This document shows positions 49,967 to 60,557 of a DNA stretch of 64,000 bases, piece after piece (within the stretch, counting starts at the first letter, position 1; every line of letters begins with the position of its first letter). The stretch is taken from the NCBI GenBank assembly GCA_965369655.1, contig CBDUQR010000005.1, forward strand, positions 23,735 through 87,734, written 5' to 3'. Both the position numbers and the translations under genes were made by a program. The notes under the pieces were generated by a model, which was not told the DNA's origin, did not search any database, and saw only the letters and a list, made by a program, of their open reading frames with translations. The DNA comes from an uncultured bacterium (GTDB taxonomy: Bacteria; Zixibacteria; MSB-5A5; JAABVY01; JAHJOQ01).

Positions 49967-50803
49967 ATGAGAGAATCGAGCATACAATTGGCATACAGGT
50001 GCTCTGGGAATCTGTCGGGCGTCCCCGTTATATTTCTCCATGGTTTCACGGGGTGCGGCGATGAATGGAGCGAAATCGTCGAGCGGTTGCCGGAGTCGTT
50101 TTGTATTTTACCGGACCTTCCCGGTCATGGGCGGAGCGTCGACGATCTCGCCGCTGAGGATTTCATGTTCGAATCGACCGCGCGATCACTGATCGACCTG
50201 ATGAATGGTCTTGAGCTGGACACAGCCTGTCTCATCGGCTACTCGATGGGAGGAAGAATCGCATTGTATACCGCCCTCGAGTATCAGCAAAGATTCTCCG
50301 GTCTCGTACTCGAAAGCGCAAGCCCCGGTCTCAAGACTGATGAGGAGAAGCGCGACCGTCGCATTCAGGACGAGAAAATAATCGTGCGGATGCAGACAGA
50401 GGGGATCGACAAGTTTGTTGACACATGGCTTTCCAATCCGATGTTTGCGGTTATGCGAGATCGCGGTGAGGCATTCGATCGATTGAAAAGACTCAGATGC
50501 TCAAACAGCATCGACAGCCTTGCAATGTCGCTGAGAGGCGCCGGAACCGGAGTGCAGCCGTCGCTGTGGGGCAGACTCCATGAGCTTAAACTGCCAGTGA
50601 TGCTTGTGTGTGGCGAGCGAGACAACAAGTATATATCTATCGCCGAGAGAATGTCCCGCGAAATAGGCGACTGTGCTGTCGCGCGCATTCCACATTCTGG
50701 TCACAACACACATTTCGAGAGGCCGGATCAGTTTCGAGAGAGTATATTGCAGTTCGTGAACAAAAACGTATGTGCGAAAGTCGAGCAGGGAGATACAGGA
50801 TAA
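49967..50803 (+). CDS. menH: SHCHC synthase (alpha/beta hydrolase)
   Basis: LHGFTG, DLPGHG, GYSMGGR, GHNTH; located between menD and menB. Confidence 0.93.
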   Translation: MRESSIQLAYRCSGNLSGVPVIFLHGFTGCGDEWSEIVERLPESFCILPDLPGHGRSVDDLAAEDFMFESTARSLIDLMNGLELDTACLIGYSMGGRIALYTALEYQQRFSGLVLESASPGLKTDEEKRDRRIQDEKIIVRMQTEGIDKFVDTWLSNPMFAVMRDRGEAFDRLKRLRCSNSIDSLAMSLRGAGTGVQPSLWGRLHELKLPVMLVCGERDNKYISIAERMSREIGDCAVARIPHSGHNTHFERPDQFRESILQFVNKNVCAKVEQGDTG

Positions 50804-51624
50804 TGTCGAGCATTGAATGGATAAGCGCGGGAAAGTTCGAGGACATCAAGTTCGAGAAAGCCGAGGGGATCGCCCGGATCACGATCAACCGCCCGCATGT
50901 CAGAAACGCCTTCCGGCCTCTGACCGTAGACGAGATGATCTCTGCATTCGAGGATGTCCGGGAGGATACCGATATCGGGGTCGTGGTCCTGACCGGTGAG
51001 GGCAAAGACGCGTTCTGCTCCGGTGGCGATCAGAGGATTCGCGGCGACGCCGGATACAAAGACTCCAAAGGTACCGAGAGGCTGAATGTGCTCGATCTGC
51101 AACGCCTGATCCGAACGCTGCCGAAACCTGTCATCGCGATGGTCGCCGGTTATGCTATCGGGGGCGGGCATGTTCTTCACCTGATGTGCGACCTGACAAT
51201 CGCAGCCGACAACGCGCGGTTCGGTCAGACCGGTCCCAAGGTCGGCTCGTTCGATGGCGGCTATGGCGCAAGCTACATGGCGCGCATAATCGGTCAGAAG
51301 AGAGCTCGCGAGATGTGGTTCCTGTGCAGGCAATACAGCGCTGACGATGCCTTTCGCATGGGACTCGTCAACAAGGTCGTGCCGTACGAGAGGCTCGAAG
51401 ATGAGACGATCGAATGGTGCAGGGAGATTCTCGCCAACAGTCCGATGGCGATCAGGTGTCTCAAAGCCGCGCTGAACGCCGACTGCGACGGCCAGGCGGG
51501 ACTTCAGGAGTTGGCGGGCAACGCCACCCTGATGTTCTACATGACCGAGGAAGGTCAGGAAGGTCGCAATGCGTTTGTAGAAAAGCGTAAACCGGATTTC
51601 TCCAAATTCAAACGCCACCCATAG
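50803..51624 (+). CDS. menB: 1,4-dihydroxy-2-naphthoyl-CoA synthase
   Basis: [34 protein letters not shown]; true start taken at the ATG overlapping the menH stop (TAATG). Confidence 0.97.
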   Translation: MSSIEWISAGKFEDIKFEKAEGIARITINRPHVRNAFRPLTVDEMISAFEDVREDTDIGVVVLTGEGKDAFCSGGDQRIRGDAGYKDSKGTERLNVLDLQRLIRTLPKPVIAMVAGYAIGGGHVLHLMCDLTIAADNARFGQTGPKVGSFDGGYGASYMARIIGQKRAREMWFLCRQYSADDAFRMGLVNKVVPYERLEDETIEWCREILANSPMAIRCLKAALNADCDGQAGLQELAGNATLMFYMTEEGQEGRNAFVEKRKPDFSKFKRHP

Positions 51625-51628
51625 ACCG

Positions 51629-52516
51629 ATGCCGGAACAGAGCAATCTCAGAATCTGGCTATTGGCCGCGAGACCCAAGACACTATGGGCTGGCGTTGTA
51701 CCTGTAGTTATCGGTGGGGCAATTGCGGTCGAGACAGGCGAATTCGCGGCGCTTCCGTTTCTATTAGCTCTCGCCGGATCAATGCTGGTCCAGATCGGTA
51801 CCAATTTCGCCAACGACTTGTTCGATTTTCTGAAGAATGTCGACAACGGCGACCGCACCGGTCCGATGCGAGTCACGCAGGCAGGACTCGTAACGCCCGC
51901 TCAGATGAAGACGGCTATCATCATCGTATTCGCTCTTGCCCTGTTGGTCGGGATATATCTTGTATGGCGCGGTGGCGTGCCGATCCTCGTGATTGGCCTG
52001 TCCTCGATTCTGTTCGGAGTGCTCTACACCGCCGGGCCATATCCGCTCGGATATCACGGACTCGGAGATATTTTCGTGATGATTTTCTACGGTCCTGTTG
52101 CCGTCTGTGGCACATACTACGTTATGACGCTCGACTTCGGCTGGAACATCGTTCTTTGCGGGCTGGCCCCCGGCATGCTGTCGACCGCTATCCTGACTGT
52201 CAACAACCTGCGTGATGTCGAGACAGATTCGAGGACCGGCAAGCGTACGCTCGCGGTGCGATTCGGCAAGGCATTCGCAAGATGTCAATATGCTGCGCTG
52301 GTTTTCGGAGCCGCGCTGGTTCCGGTCGCGATCTACGCGTTGAACGGCGCTCATCCCTGGTCTATGGTCGCCGGAGTTATCGCGCTGCCCGCCGTATTAC
52401 TGGTGAAGAAAATCGCTTCGGAATCATCGGGTCAGGAAATGAACAAAGTTCTCTCGGATACCGGGCGGCTGCTCGCGCTGTACGGTCTGATTTTCTCGAT
52501 AGGCTGGAATATATGA
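51629..52516 (+). CDS. menA: DHNA polyprenyltransferase
   Basis: AARPKTL, NFANDLFD..K.VD, NNLRD..TD...GKRTLAVR. Confidence 0.95.
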   Translation: MPEQSNLRIWLLAARPKTLWAGVVPVVIGGAIAVETGEFAALPFLLALAGSMLVQIGTNFANDLFDFLKNVDNGDRTGPMRVTQAGLVTPAQMKTAIIIVFALALLVGIYLVWRGGVPILVIGLSSILFGVLYTAGPYPLGYHGLGDIFVMIFYGPVAVCGTYYVMTLDFGWNIVLCGLAPGMLSTAILTVNNLRDVETDSRTGKRTLAVRFGKAFARCQYAALVFGAALVPVAIYALNGAHPWSMVAGVIALPAVLLVKKIASESSGQEMNKVLSDTGRLLALYGLIFSIGWNI

Positions 52517-53616
52517 AGATTGCCGATGTTGACCTGAAGGAATACTCGGTTGGTACGACCACGCCGATCCGTACATCGATTGGTGAAAGCATAAAGCGCG
52601 ATGGCCTGATAGTCATAGTCCACTCGCAGGATGGCATGACAGGATTGGGCGAGATCGCTCCGCTCGATGGATACAGCAGAGAAAGCTTAAGCGATGCGTT
52701 ATCCTGTGCGTCGATGCTTGCCGAGAATCTTGTCGGTGCGGACATTCCTGAGTCGCTCGAAGATATCAGCCTGATGCTGGACAGGCATTCACAAGACTGC
52801 GGTCCTTTGCCATCATCGGTGAGATTCGGTTTTGAAACTGCATTGGCCGATCTGCTCTCTCGAAGCTTTGATATTCCTCTCAGCGATTGGCTTGCTCCGG
52901 ATAGTATCCGGACTATACCTGTCAACGCCCTTGTGACAAACACAGGTCCACGAATGATCGATGAAATCAATGAACTTATATCGTCTGGTTACAATTGTCT
53001 AAAGCTGAAAGTTGGTGGGCGAGACCCGATACCTGATGCAACACGAGTCGCATTGGTTAGGGAGACCGTTGGTCCTCAGATTCAAATCCGGCTCGACGCA
53101 AACAGGTCATGGAATTTGGATCAGGCGACTGAGTTCCTGCGACAAGTCCGCTCTCATGGGATTGAATATGTCGAGGAGCCGCTTGCCGATCCTGATATTG
53201 CTTCATACGAGAAACTCTATGATTCTTGCGGTGTGACGATTGCGATTGATGAGACGGTTCAGGACATCGACAGATGGACTCGATTGCTCAGTTGCCGTGC
53301 CGTCGAGGCGGTCGTGATAAAGCCGACCATCGCAGGTGGACTCGCCGCTTCTCTGAATCTGATGAGGAAAGTTGTTGCGGTTGGCAAGAAAGTTGTCGTC
53401 TCATCGACGTTTGAGACAGGAGTCGGTCTGGCAGCCTGTCTGCACCTTGCGGCCACACTCGGCGAGAACATACAGCCATGCGGTTTCGACACCATTCGCT
53501 ACCTGACTGAGAACCTGATCGATGTTGACTTGAAACCGCGCGGTGGATTCATCGATGTTCCCGGCTCGCTGGGACTCGGAGTCGAACTCGATCCCGATTC
53601 CGGAGGGTGGACTTGA
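52513..53616 (+). CDS. menC: o-Succinylbenzoate synthase
   Basis: GEIAPL, KLKVG, RLDAN, YVEEP, AIDE, IKP, SSTFE; start at the ATG overlapping the menA stop. Confidence 0.93.
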   Translation: MKIADVDLKEYSVGTTTPIRTSIGESIKRDGLIVIVHSQDGMTGLGEIAPLDGYSRESLSDALSCASMLAENLVGADIPESLEDISLMLDRHSQDCGPLPSSVRFGFETALADLLSRSFDIPLSDWLAPDSIRTIPVNALVTNTGPRMIDEINELISSGYNCLKLKVGGRDPIPDATRVALVRETVGPQIQIRLDANRSWNLDQATEFLRQVRSHGIEYVEEPLADPDIASYEKLYDSCGVTIAIDETVQDIDRWTRLLSCRAVEAVVIKPTIAGGLAASLNLMRKVVAVGKKVVVSSTFETGVGLAACLHLAATLGENIQPCGFDTIRYLTENLIDVDLKPRGGFIDVPGSLGLGVELDPDSGGWT

Positions 53617-55109
53617 TTAACGAGACTGTCGATTGCCCGGTATCGCAGCATGCCCGTACGAGACCGGACGATATTGCCCTGACCGATGGCAGTGTTCGTC
53701 TTTCATATAGCGAACTCGATCACAAGATTGAAACGCTCGGGAACGCAATCAGAGAACGTGGCCTGAATTGCGACAACAGGCTGGCAGTATTGGGGAAGAA
53801 CAGCGCAAGCTATGCAGTGTTGATTCTGGCATGCTTTCGTCATGGCATCTGTGTGGTTCCTCTCAACATCCGAATGAATTCCAAATGGTGGAGAGAATCG
53901 ATCGACATGGCTGACTGCAGCATGCTGTTCGTCGATGACGATTACACTTCTTTCTCCGATGAACTGTCAATCCCGTCAACCAGGCTCGCATCTATCATCC
54001 AAGCTGCGCCTTCATCCCTGTCCAGTCAGCATCGTGCTGAATCGGTGACAATCGATCTTGATGTTATCAGCAGCATCGTGTTCACCTCAGGCAGTACCGG
54101 CGCACCGAGAGGCGTTAGATTAACAGCGGGTAATCACTACTATAATGCAGTGGCGTCCAACGAAAACATATGGCTGTCGTTGGGTGATTGCTGGCTGGCC
54201 GCGCTGCCGTTCTACCATGTCGGCGGAATGGCGATTCTGTTCAGGTCGGCGATTGCCGAAAGCTCTGTCCATATCATGGCCGATTTTAACGCGCGCGATG
54301 TGAACAGGCTGATCGATGACGGCTCTATCAGTCACGTCTCGGTAGTCCCCGCAATGCTCGATTCGATCATCGACGCGAGACAGGGGCGAGAGTTTCCGCC
54401 GACTATGAAGGCTGTTCTTCTCGGAGGCGCACCGGCTTCGCGGCGGCTGATCGAAAAGACCTGCGCATTGAAAGCTCCGCTCTTCACAACTTACGGAATG
54501 ACCGAGGCTGCCTCGCAGATTTGCACAACGTCTCAAGGTGATTCAGGCGACAAGCTTCTCACGTCGGGGAGACCGCTCGGTTGCTGCGAAATCAGGATAG
54601 TCGCACCTGACGGTAATTGCCTGCCATACGGCGTAGAAGGCGAGATACAGATCAGGGGTGAATCTGTCTTTGCTGGTTACTTACATGAAAATACGAGCGA
54701 GATATTCCTGCCTGATGGATGGTTCAACACCGGCGATGTCGGCCTGTTCGACGATGATGGTTACCTGCACGTTTCGGGAAGAAAAGACGCCATGTTTGTT
54801 TCTGGCGGGGAAAATATACACCCGTCTGCAATCGAACGAATCGCCGCTGACTTTCTGGGAGTACGCGATTGCGCCGCGATCGGTGTCGATGATGATACAT
54901 GGGGCGCGAGGCCAATCCTGTTCGTCGAACCGATCAGCGCGGGGCTTTCTATCGCTGAACTGAAGATGCATCTGGAAACTAATCTCTCAAGGCTGATGAT
55001 TCCGAAATCGATCATTATAATCGAGGAGATGCCGAGGTCGTCGGTCGGCAAAATCGATATTGCACGGTTGCGGGAAATCTTCGATTCAACCGAGGGCAGC
55101 AAATCTTAA
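53607..55109 (+). CDS. menE: o-Succinylbenzoate-CoA ligase
   Basis: FTSGSTG.P, LPFYHVGG, TYGMTE, TGDVG, SGGENI. Confidence 0.93.
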   Translation: MDLINETVDCPVSQHARTRPDDIALTDGSVRLSYSELDHKIETLGNAIRERGLNCDNRLAVLGKNSASYAVLILACFRHGICVVPLNIRMNSKWWRESIDMADCSMLFVDDDYTSFSDELSIPSTRLASIIQAAPSSLSSQHRAESVTIDLDVISSIVFTSGSTGAPRGVRLTAGNHYYNAVASNENIWLSLGDCWLAALPFYHVGGMAILFRSAIAESSVHIMADFNARDVNRLIDDGSISHVSVVPAMLDSIIDARQGREFPPTMKAVLLGGAPASRRLIEKTCALKAPLFTTYGMTEAASQICTTSQGDSGDKLLTSGRPLGCCEIRIVAPDGNCLPYGVEGEIQIRGESVFAGYLHENTSEIFLPDGWFNTGDVGLFDDDGYLHVSGRKDAMFVSGGENIHPSAIERIAADFLGVRDCAAIGVDDDTWGARPILFVEPISAGLSIAELKMHLETNLSRLMIPKSIIIIEEMPRSSVGKIDIARLREIFDSTEGSKS

Positions 55110-55510
55110 TCTGCGCAGTAACCGCTCAGTCCCTGTCTTAATTTATCGGGAAGCTGGATTTTCTCTTTGCTGTTCTTGTCCATTGTGACGTGGATGGTCC
55201 TGCATGTGCCCGCTGTCTGCCCATCACGGGTTCTGAGAACATATTCAAGCGTGAATGATGTAGCCCCAATGTTCGCCACGGTTAGTTCGACTTCTATCTC
55301 GTCGCCGACTCCCAGCGGTTTTTCATAATCAGCTTCAGCGTGAACGATGGGAATGATGTACGGCTCCGTCTCGAACAACCGGGAGAATCCGAGTCCGATA
55401 TCCTCCATCATTTTCTCGTAGGCTTCGTGGGCGAATATGAACCAGTTGGCGAAAAAGAGTATTCCCGCCGCGTCGGTATCTTGTAGCCGCACTGTCGTGG
55501 AGTATTTCAT
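55106..55510 (-). CDS. Hotdog acyl-CoA thioesterase, probable DHNA-CoA hydrolase
   Basis: VRLQDTDAAGILFFAN..HEAYE, PIVHAEADY..PL; start MKYSTTVR at 55510; adjacent to the men operon. Confidence 0.8.
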   Translation of the reverse strand: MKYSTTVRLQDTDAAGILFFANWFIFAHEAYEKMMEDIGLGFSRLFETEPYIIPIVHAEADYEKPLGVGDEIEVELTVANIGATSFTLEYVLRTRDGQTAGTCRTIHVTMDKNSKEKIQLPDKLRQGLSGYCAD

Positions 55511-55665
55511 ATCGCGAATTCCTCGAGCTTCTGCGTTGTCCGATTGAATATAGCCGCCGGAGCGATAGTCCGCAAACGGTATGATCGTGCTCTGATGGAT
55601 TGTCAGTTTTTCCTGGCATTGCGCCGACTTGATATTATAGTATGTGTCAGGGAGCGGGAGATTAG

Positions 55666-57102
55666 ATGAGAATTGCACTGATAGGCAGCGATCGAACGGA
55701 ACTGAATGCGGTCGCCTCAGAACTGGAGAGACTGCTCGGGCTGGGATACCATCTGATTGACGATTACACCAGTTCCGAGTCAGTCGCGGGCGTCAAATCC
55801 GACTGGTGCATACTTGCGGTTCCTGCGGTTCTGCTGAAAAATATCGATCTGCGTCGCGAGATTCGCAAAGACTCGATCCTGTTGCTTTTCGAACATTCGT
55901 CGGATCAGACGGATGCTGACTTTGATATTATTCGTCCGTATGCGGACATAGCTCTCGATGTCGGTGCTATGTCGACCGAAGAGCTTGCAGAAGAGGCTGG
56001 TCGCGCCATAGGCGAGGAACTCGCAATTCGATTCAGGTCCGCGAACACATTCGGAGAGATCATCCGTGTGACGACATTCGGCGAGAGCCATGGTCCGGCA
56101 ATCGGCGCGATAATGGATGGAGTAAAGCCCGGCATTGAAATATCCATCGAAGAAATTCAGGCGGAGATGGATCGTCGCCGACCCGGTCAGAGTGCGGTCA
56201 CGACTCCGCGCGCGGAATCTGACACGGTCCATATATTGTCGGGAATGTTCGAGGGCAGGACGACCGGCGCTCCAATCGCAATAGTCGTCTACAACCGGGA
56301 CCAGGACCCGTCGAAGTACGACGGCATCCGAGAGCTGTTCAGGCCGGGTCACGCGGACTTCACTTATTACAGAAAATACGGACTTCGCGATCATCGCGGG
56401 GGCGGAAGATCATCGGGCCGCGAGACAGCGGGGCGTGTCGCCTGCGGTGCGATAGCCAGAAAAATCCTGTCCGATCGCGGTGTGAGAATCATTGCACACT
56501 CTGTCGAGATCGCCGGCATAAGTGCGAAGAGATGCGACCTCGACGCCATTGAACAAAACAAAGTTCGCTGCGCCGATCCTGAAGCTGCAATGAAAATGGA
56601 GGCGGCGATACTCAAGGCTCGCGAGAAGAAGAACTCTGTTGGCGGCATCGCACAGATCGAGATACACGGACTTCCGGTCGGATTGGGCGATCCTGTGTTC
56701 TTCAAGCTCGACGCGAGACTGACATTCGCCGTTATGACTCTCGGCGCTGTCAAGGGAGTGGAAATCGGCGCCGGATTCGAACTCGCGAGGCTTCGTGGAA
56801 GTGAATCGAACGACCAGATGTCAGCAGATGGATTCCTGAGCAACAACGCTGGAGGCATTACCGGCGGCATCTCGACAGGTCAGCCGGTCATCATGCGCGC
56901 CGCAATTAAACCGACTTCGTCCATCGCGAAGGCTCAGCGCACTATCGATATTCACGGGAACGAGCGCGAGATCAAGGTGCACGGCCGTCACGATCCATGC
57001 ATCCTGCCGCGAATAATACCCGTGCTCGAAAATATGGCCGCGCTGGTGATTCTCGATGCGTGGGAGATACAGTCGAGGATCAGGCCGGGATGGGACAAGT
57101 AG
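55666..57102 (+). CDS. aroC: Chorismate synthase with ~125-aa N-terminal extension
   Basis: NTFG..TTFGESHG, RPGHAD, GGGRSSGRET, NNAGG..GGIS, KPTSSI, GRHDPC. Confidence 0.95.
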   Translation: MRIALIGSDRTELNAVASELERLLGLGYHLIDDYTSSESVAGVKSDWCILAVPAVLLKNIDLRREIRKDSILLLFEHSSDQTDADFDIIRPYADIALDVGAMSTEELAEEAGRAIGEELAIRFRSANTFGEIIRVTTFGESHGPAIGAIMDGVKPGIEISIEEIQAEMDRRRPGQSAVTTPRAESDTVHILSGMFEGRTTGAPIAIVVYNRDQDPSKYDGIRELFRPGHADFTYYRKYGLRDHRGGGRSSGRETAGRVACGAIARKILSDRGVRIIAHSVEIAGISAKRCDLDAIEQNKVRCADPEAAMKMEAAILKAREKKNSVGGIAQIEIHGLPVGLGDPVFFKLDARLTFAVMTLGAVKGVEIGAGFELARLRGSESNDQMSADGFLSNNAGGITGGISTGQPVIMRAAIKPTSSIAKAQRTIDIHGNEREIKVHGRHDPCILPRIIPVLENMAALVILDAWEIQSRIRPGWDK

Positions 57103-57155
57103 CCGGGAAATCTTCTGTGCAGATGATGTATAAAGTATTGTGAGGACATCGTACA

Positions 57156-57947
57156 ATGAGACTTGCATACTGCCTGCTCATCATTCTGGTCGTAACAGCA
57201 TCTGCAACCTTCACAAGTTGTGGTTCGAAGAAAGCCTATGAACCGGAACCGCCGGATGATTTCGAGGTTTTTTTTGCTCAGTTGTCTCAGTCGCCAAGAA
57301 ACAATGCCGAAGCGGAACTGATGGCGCTCTGGATCACGGGGAGAGTAGTCGCATTTCGGAGCGATTACGACCGCCTCAGGAATTCCCTTGCCAGGGTCAG
57401 ATCGGAGTACGGCGATTCCATCCCGTTCCTGAATTCACAGCAGTTTGTCTACCCGATGAGCGAGAGCACTATTCTGATCTTTCTCGATTCATCTGCGACT
57501 ATCCAGTTTCGAGATGGTGAGTATTCGGATTGGGATTCGCTCAACACGCTTTACAGGCTTTCGGATACAGACACGAGTCAGCTTGAATCGCAGGGATTCA
57601 TATATCTGACATTCGAACCGAGGCTGAATCCCTGGCTATTGCTTGAGTATTACAGGGATTTGGCGAGTATCACGGCGGCGGGCGCAGATATCCGAGCTGG
57701 TGATCGCCCCAATGTTTACCCATGGTTCGATGGTAACGACGAGACATTCCTGTTCCGCCAGGCTCTCGGTGATTGTGACTACGGCTGCGAATACAACAAA
57801 TTCTGGTATTTTCGTGTGGTCGGAACTGATGTCGAATATTTGGGTGAATACGCCCCGGATGACGGCGATCCGGCTCCTGCATGGTGGAGCGAGGCGAGGA
57901 CTGCATTGTGTAAGTTCTACAACGTACCATCGCGATTTTGCCCGTAA
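57156..57947 (+). CDS. Hypothetical lipoprotein
   Basis: Lipobox FTSC; C-terminal GDCDYGC motif. Confidence 0.65.
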   Translation: MRLAYCLLIILVVTASATFTSCGSKKAYEPEPPDDFEVFFAQLSQSPRNNAEAELMALWITGRVVAFRSDYDRLRNSLARVRSEYGDSIPFLNSQQFVYPMSESTILIFLDSSATIQFRDGEYSDWDSLNTLYRLSDTDTSQLESQGFIYLTFEPRLNPWLLLEYYRDLASITAAGADIRAGDRPNVYPWFDGNDETFLFRQALGDCDYGCEYNKFWYFRVVGTDVEYLGEYAPDDGDPAPAWWSEARTALCKFYNVPSRFCP

Positions 57948-57974
57948 GTGAATGAGCCGACAGCTTGCTGGGAC

Positions 57975-60254
57975 TCAGAACTCAACTTCCACTCCGGCTA
58001 TCACGAGTCTCTCCCATTGATGATAAGTTCTGACTTCCTGTGATGATACTTTCCAGTATTCGAAATACACGTTCCCGGCATTCAGTGCATTCAAAATGCT
58101 GAAGTAGTTCCTGATATTTACTCCGCCAACGGACCAGACTAATGTGAGGCTAATATCCAGTTTCTGGTATGCTGGATAGCGTGCAGAATTGGTTCTCGAT
58201 TTATCATAGACGGTGTAACTGTAGCGGCGGGATAGTGCTGTGTCAACCGGAGTATGGGGTCTGCCTCCTTCTCTCGCAAAACTCATCCCGATCTGCATCC
58301 ACGAGCGCGGCAAGAATGAAGCCGATGCGGCCAGTGAGTATTCGGTATCGAAACTGCCGGGAAGTTCTCCACATGAAACACCTCTGAACTTGCTTTTCGA
58401 TATGGACGCCGCGAGGCTGATTCTCAGATCTGGGGCAGGCTGACAACGAACGACCGACTCAATCCCGCGTGCGAATCCTCTGCCGTCGGCGCTGATCGCG
58501 CGAGTATCATAGAACGCATAATCTGTTCCCCAGTCGACCATAGTCCTGATGGTGTCCCACGCTGCCACCGGGTAATTCAGGTATCGCTTCAGATAGCCCT
58601 CCAATCTGACACTCAGCTCGGGCTCATTTGAGTATGAAATCCCTGCAGTCAGGTGTGTGGCCTTGAAGTATGGCAGTGTCTGATTTGATGGATCGGACGC
58701 GAGCCAGAGCGGGCTTGGGTCCTGACCGTATAATCCGTAACCTGCACTGAATGACAACCGATCTGAAAGTGCCGATTTACAGGCGATTCTGGGCGAAACA
58801 AGTCCCCTGTCGAGGAAGGAATTGTAGTCGAATCTTAGTCCGAGCGAGATATCGAGCAATGATGCGATCGAAGAGCCAAACTCTGCATACGCACCGGCCC
58901 TGTTGTAGTCCATTTCGGTATCAACTTTCATACCGCGATGCCGGTCACCGAAATCATCTCTGTAATTGACGATTGACAGATCGAAATCTGCCGAAATGAT
59001 TTCCTCACTTGCGCCCAATAGAAGAACTCCCGCCTTTGAATGCGACAACGAGTAGTCCAGAGATATCTTGTTTGATCGCTCGATTGAACGGTTAGAGTAT
59101 AAATCGGGTGTCGATTTATTGCCGTACGCCACATCGAAATCGGCGTAACTGTTTGAATACCGGATTTCCGTTGAGGAGGATGGGTTAGATGAGGATATCA
59201 TGCTGAGTCCGAATAGTGTTCTGTCGCCCCTGTAGTCCAGTCCTCCGTCATCATACGGGAGATCGCCAAGTGGTATACTGAAACGGTCGTAGCCGCCCAG
59301 GGCGATCAGTGTGAGCGTAGCGGCGCTCCCAAGCGGAAGTTTGCCCTTGAGGAAGGCGTCACCGAAGATGGGAGTGCTTGGGAGATTCAACTGGTCTTTA
59401 ACAACATCAATGAAGCTTCTGCGAACTGATGACATCAGATACCGGTCGCCGTCAGAGACGATGATACTTGCAAACAGACCTGTCATATCCAACCTGAATA
59501 TGGTCTGATTGATTGTTTCGTTTGCAGTTTTTGTCCTGATTTCCGTGACCGATGACAATCTGTTCGGGTAACGTACGGAGAAGCCGCCGGGTGAGAAGTG
59601 GATTTCGCTGATGTTGTCGGCGGGCAATATGGCACTGAAACCACCGGTCGAACCCTGTGTGCCGAAATGGCTCATGTTGCTCATGTCGAAACCATCAATG
59701 AGCATTGCTGTTTCAGATGGATTTCCACCCCGGACAATCAAGTCCGACCTGAAGTCATTCGATGTGTGCACGGCCGGTTGAGTCTGCACAAGCCGAAGTG
59801 GATCGAGATTCGATCGTGGAACCTGTTCGACGTAACTCGAACTCAGGATGACCGTATTCGCCGATGAAGCGCCTCTGAACCTGTCCGCTGTCGCCCTGAT
59901 CACAATTCCCTCTGCTGTAAGTGGCGCAACTTCGAGGAACACAGTGTCGATATGCTGCGTCAGTTGGTCTAAGCCGGGGACCACTTCTACGACAGCACTC
60001 TTGTATCCCAGCATCGATATCAAAATCTCGAATGGATTTGATCCCTGATTGCGAAAAGTGAAGTTGCCGACAGAATCGGCCTCAGCGATCACCTGCCCGG
60101 ATGATATCCTGATGTATGCGTTTTCTATTGGCTGATGAGATTCGCTGTCGCAGATTGTCCCGGAATAGTCTCTGTCTGTGGCAAGTGTATCTGCGGTACA
60201 GAAGGTAAGTTGCCACAAGAATGAGATATAGATCAATCGTAAGGCGGGTCTCAT
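57975..60254 (-). CDS. TonB-dependent outer-membrane receptor
   Basis: Signal peptide, carboxypeptidase-regulatory-like N-domain, plug IVRGG....IDG, GGFS..Y, SPRI, terminal VEF. Confidence 0.88.
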   Translation of the reverse strand: MRPALRLIYISFLWQLTFCTADTLATDRDYSGTICDSESHQPIENAYIRISSGQVIAEADSVGNFTFRNQGSNPFEILISMLGYKSAVVEVVPGLDQLTQHIDTVFLEVAPLTAEGIVIRATADRFRGASSANTVILSSSYVEQVPRSNLDPLRLVQTQPAVHTSNDFRSDLIVRGGNPSETAMLIDGFDMSNMSHFGTQGSTGGFSAILPADNISEIHFSPGGFSVRYPNRLSSVTEIRTKTANETINQTIFRLDMTGLFASIIVSDGDRYLMSSVRRSFIDVVKDQLNLPSTPIFGDAFLKGKLPLGSAATLTLIALGGYDRFSIPLGDLPYDDGGLDYRGDRTLFGLSMISSSNPSSSTEIRYSNSYADFDVAYGNKSTPDLYSNRSIERSNKISLDYSLSHSKAGVLLLGASEEIISADFDLSIVNYRDDFGDRHRGMKVDTEMDYNRAGAYAEFGSSIASLLDISLGLRFDYNSFLDRGLVSPRIACKSALSDRLSFSAGYGLYGQDPSPLWLASDPSNQTLPYFKATHLTAGISYSNEPELSVRLEGYLKRYLNYPVAAWDTIRTMVDWGTDYAFYDTRAISADGRGFARGIESVVRCQPAPDLRISLAASISKSKFRGVSCGELPGSFDTEYSLAASASFLPRSWMQIGMSFAREGGRPHTPVDTALSRRYSYTVYDKSRTNSARYPAYQKLDISLTLVWSVGGVNIRNYFSILNALNAGNVYFEYWKVSSQEVRTYHQWERLVIAGVEVEF

Positions 60255-60484
60255 CGCTGGTTCATTCTTAAAAAGTGCCCCTGCACCGGATGTTCACAAG
60301 CGCTATCGGCTGATATTCCTCATACCGGAATTCGTTCGTCTGGCAATATATCATTCTGATCCTGACGCTGTCAATCTTATTGGGTCATCGGTTTCCCTCT
60401 TATGAATCGACGTACGATATTCATCTTCGCTGAAACATGCCGACGAAATAGGTAAGAGTGTTTCGCTCCTGCCGGAACAAGACT

Positions 60485-60552
60485 GCAGGTGTCGGGGACG
60501 CCTGCCCTACCGGACTGTCTGTCCTGAGTCAGCGAAGGGTGCACCTGACGCG
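60485..60552. repeat. REP-like hairpin with nested micro-inserts
   Basis: GCAGGTGTCGGGGAC[GCCTGCCCTAC...GTCCTGAGTCAGCGAAGGG]..CACCTGACGCGC. Confidence 0.5.
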
Positions 60553-60557
60553 CGAAT

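Noticed and set aside
50608-52512. Long N-terminal extensions on MenB (from 50608) and MenC (from 52282); similarly MenD and the thioesterase
   Set aside because: The extensions overlap upstream genes or lack family similarity. For MenB, MenC and MenD, coupled starts at stop/start overlaps give normal lengths; the thioesterase has a normal-length start at 55510.
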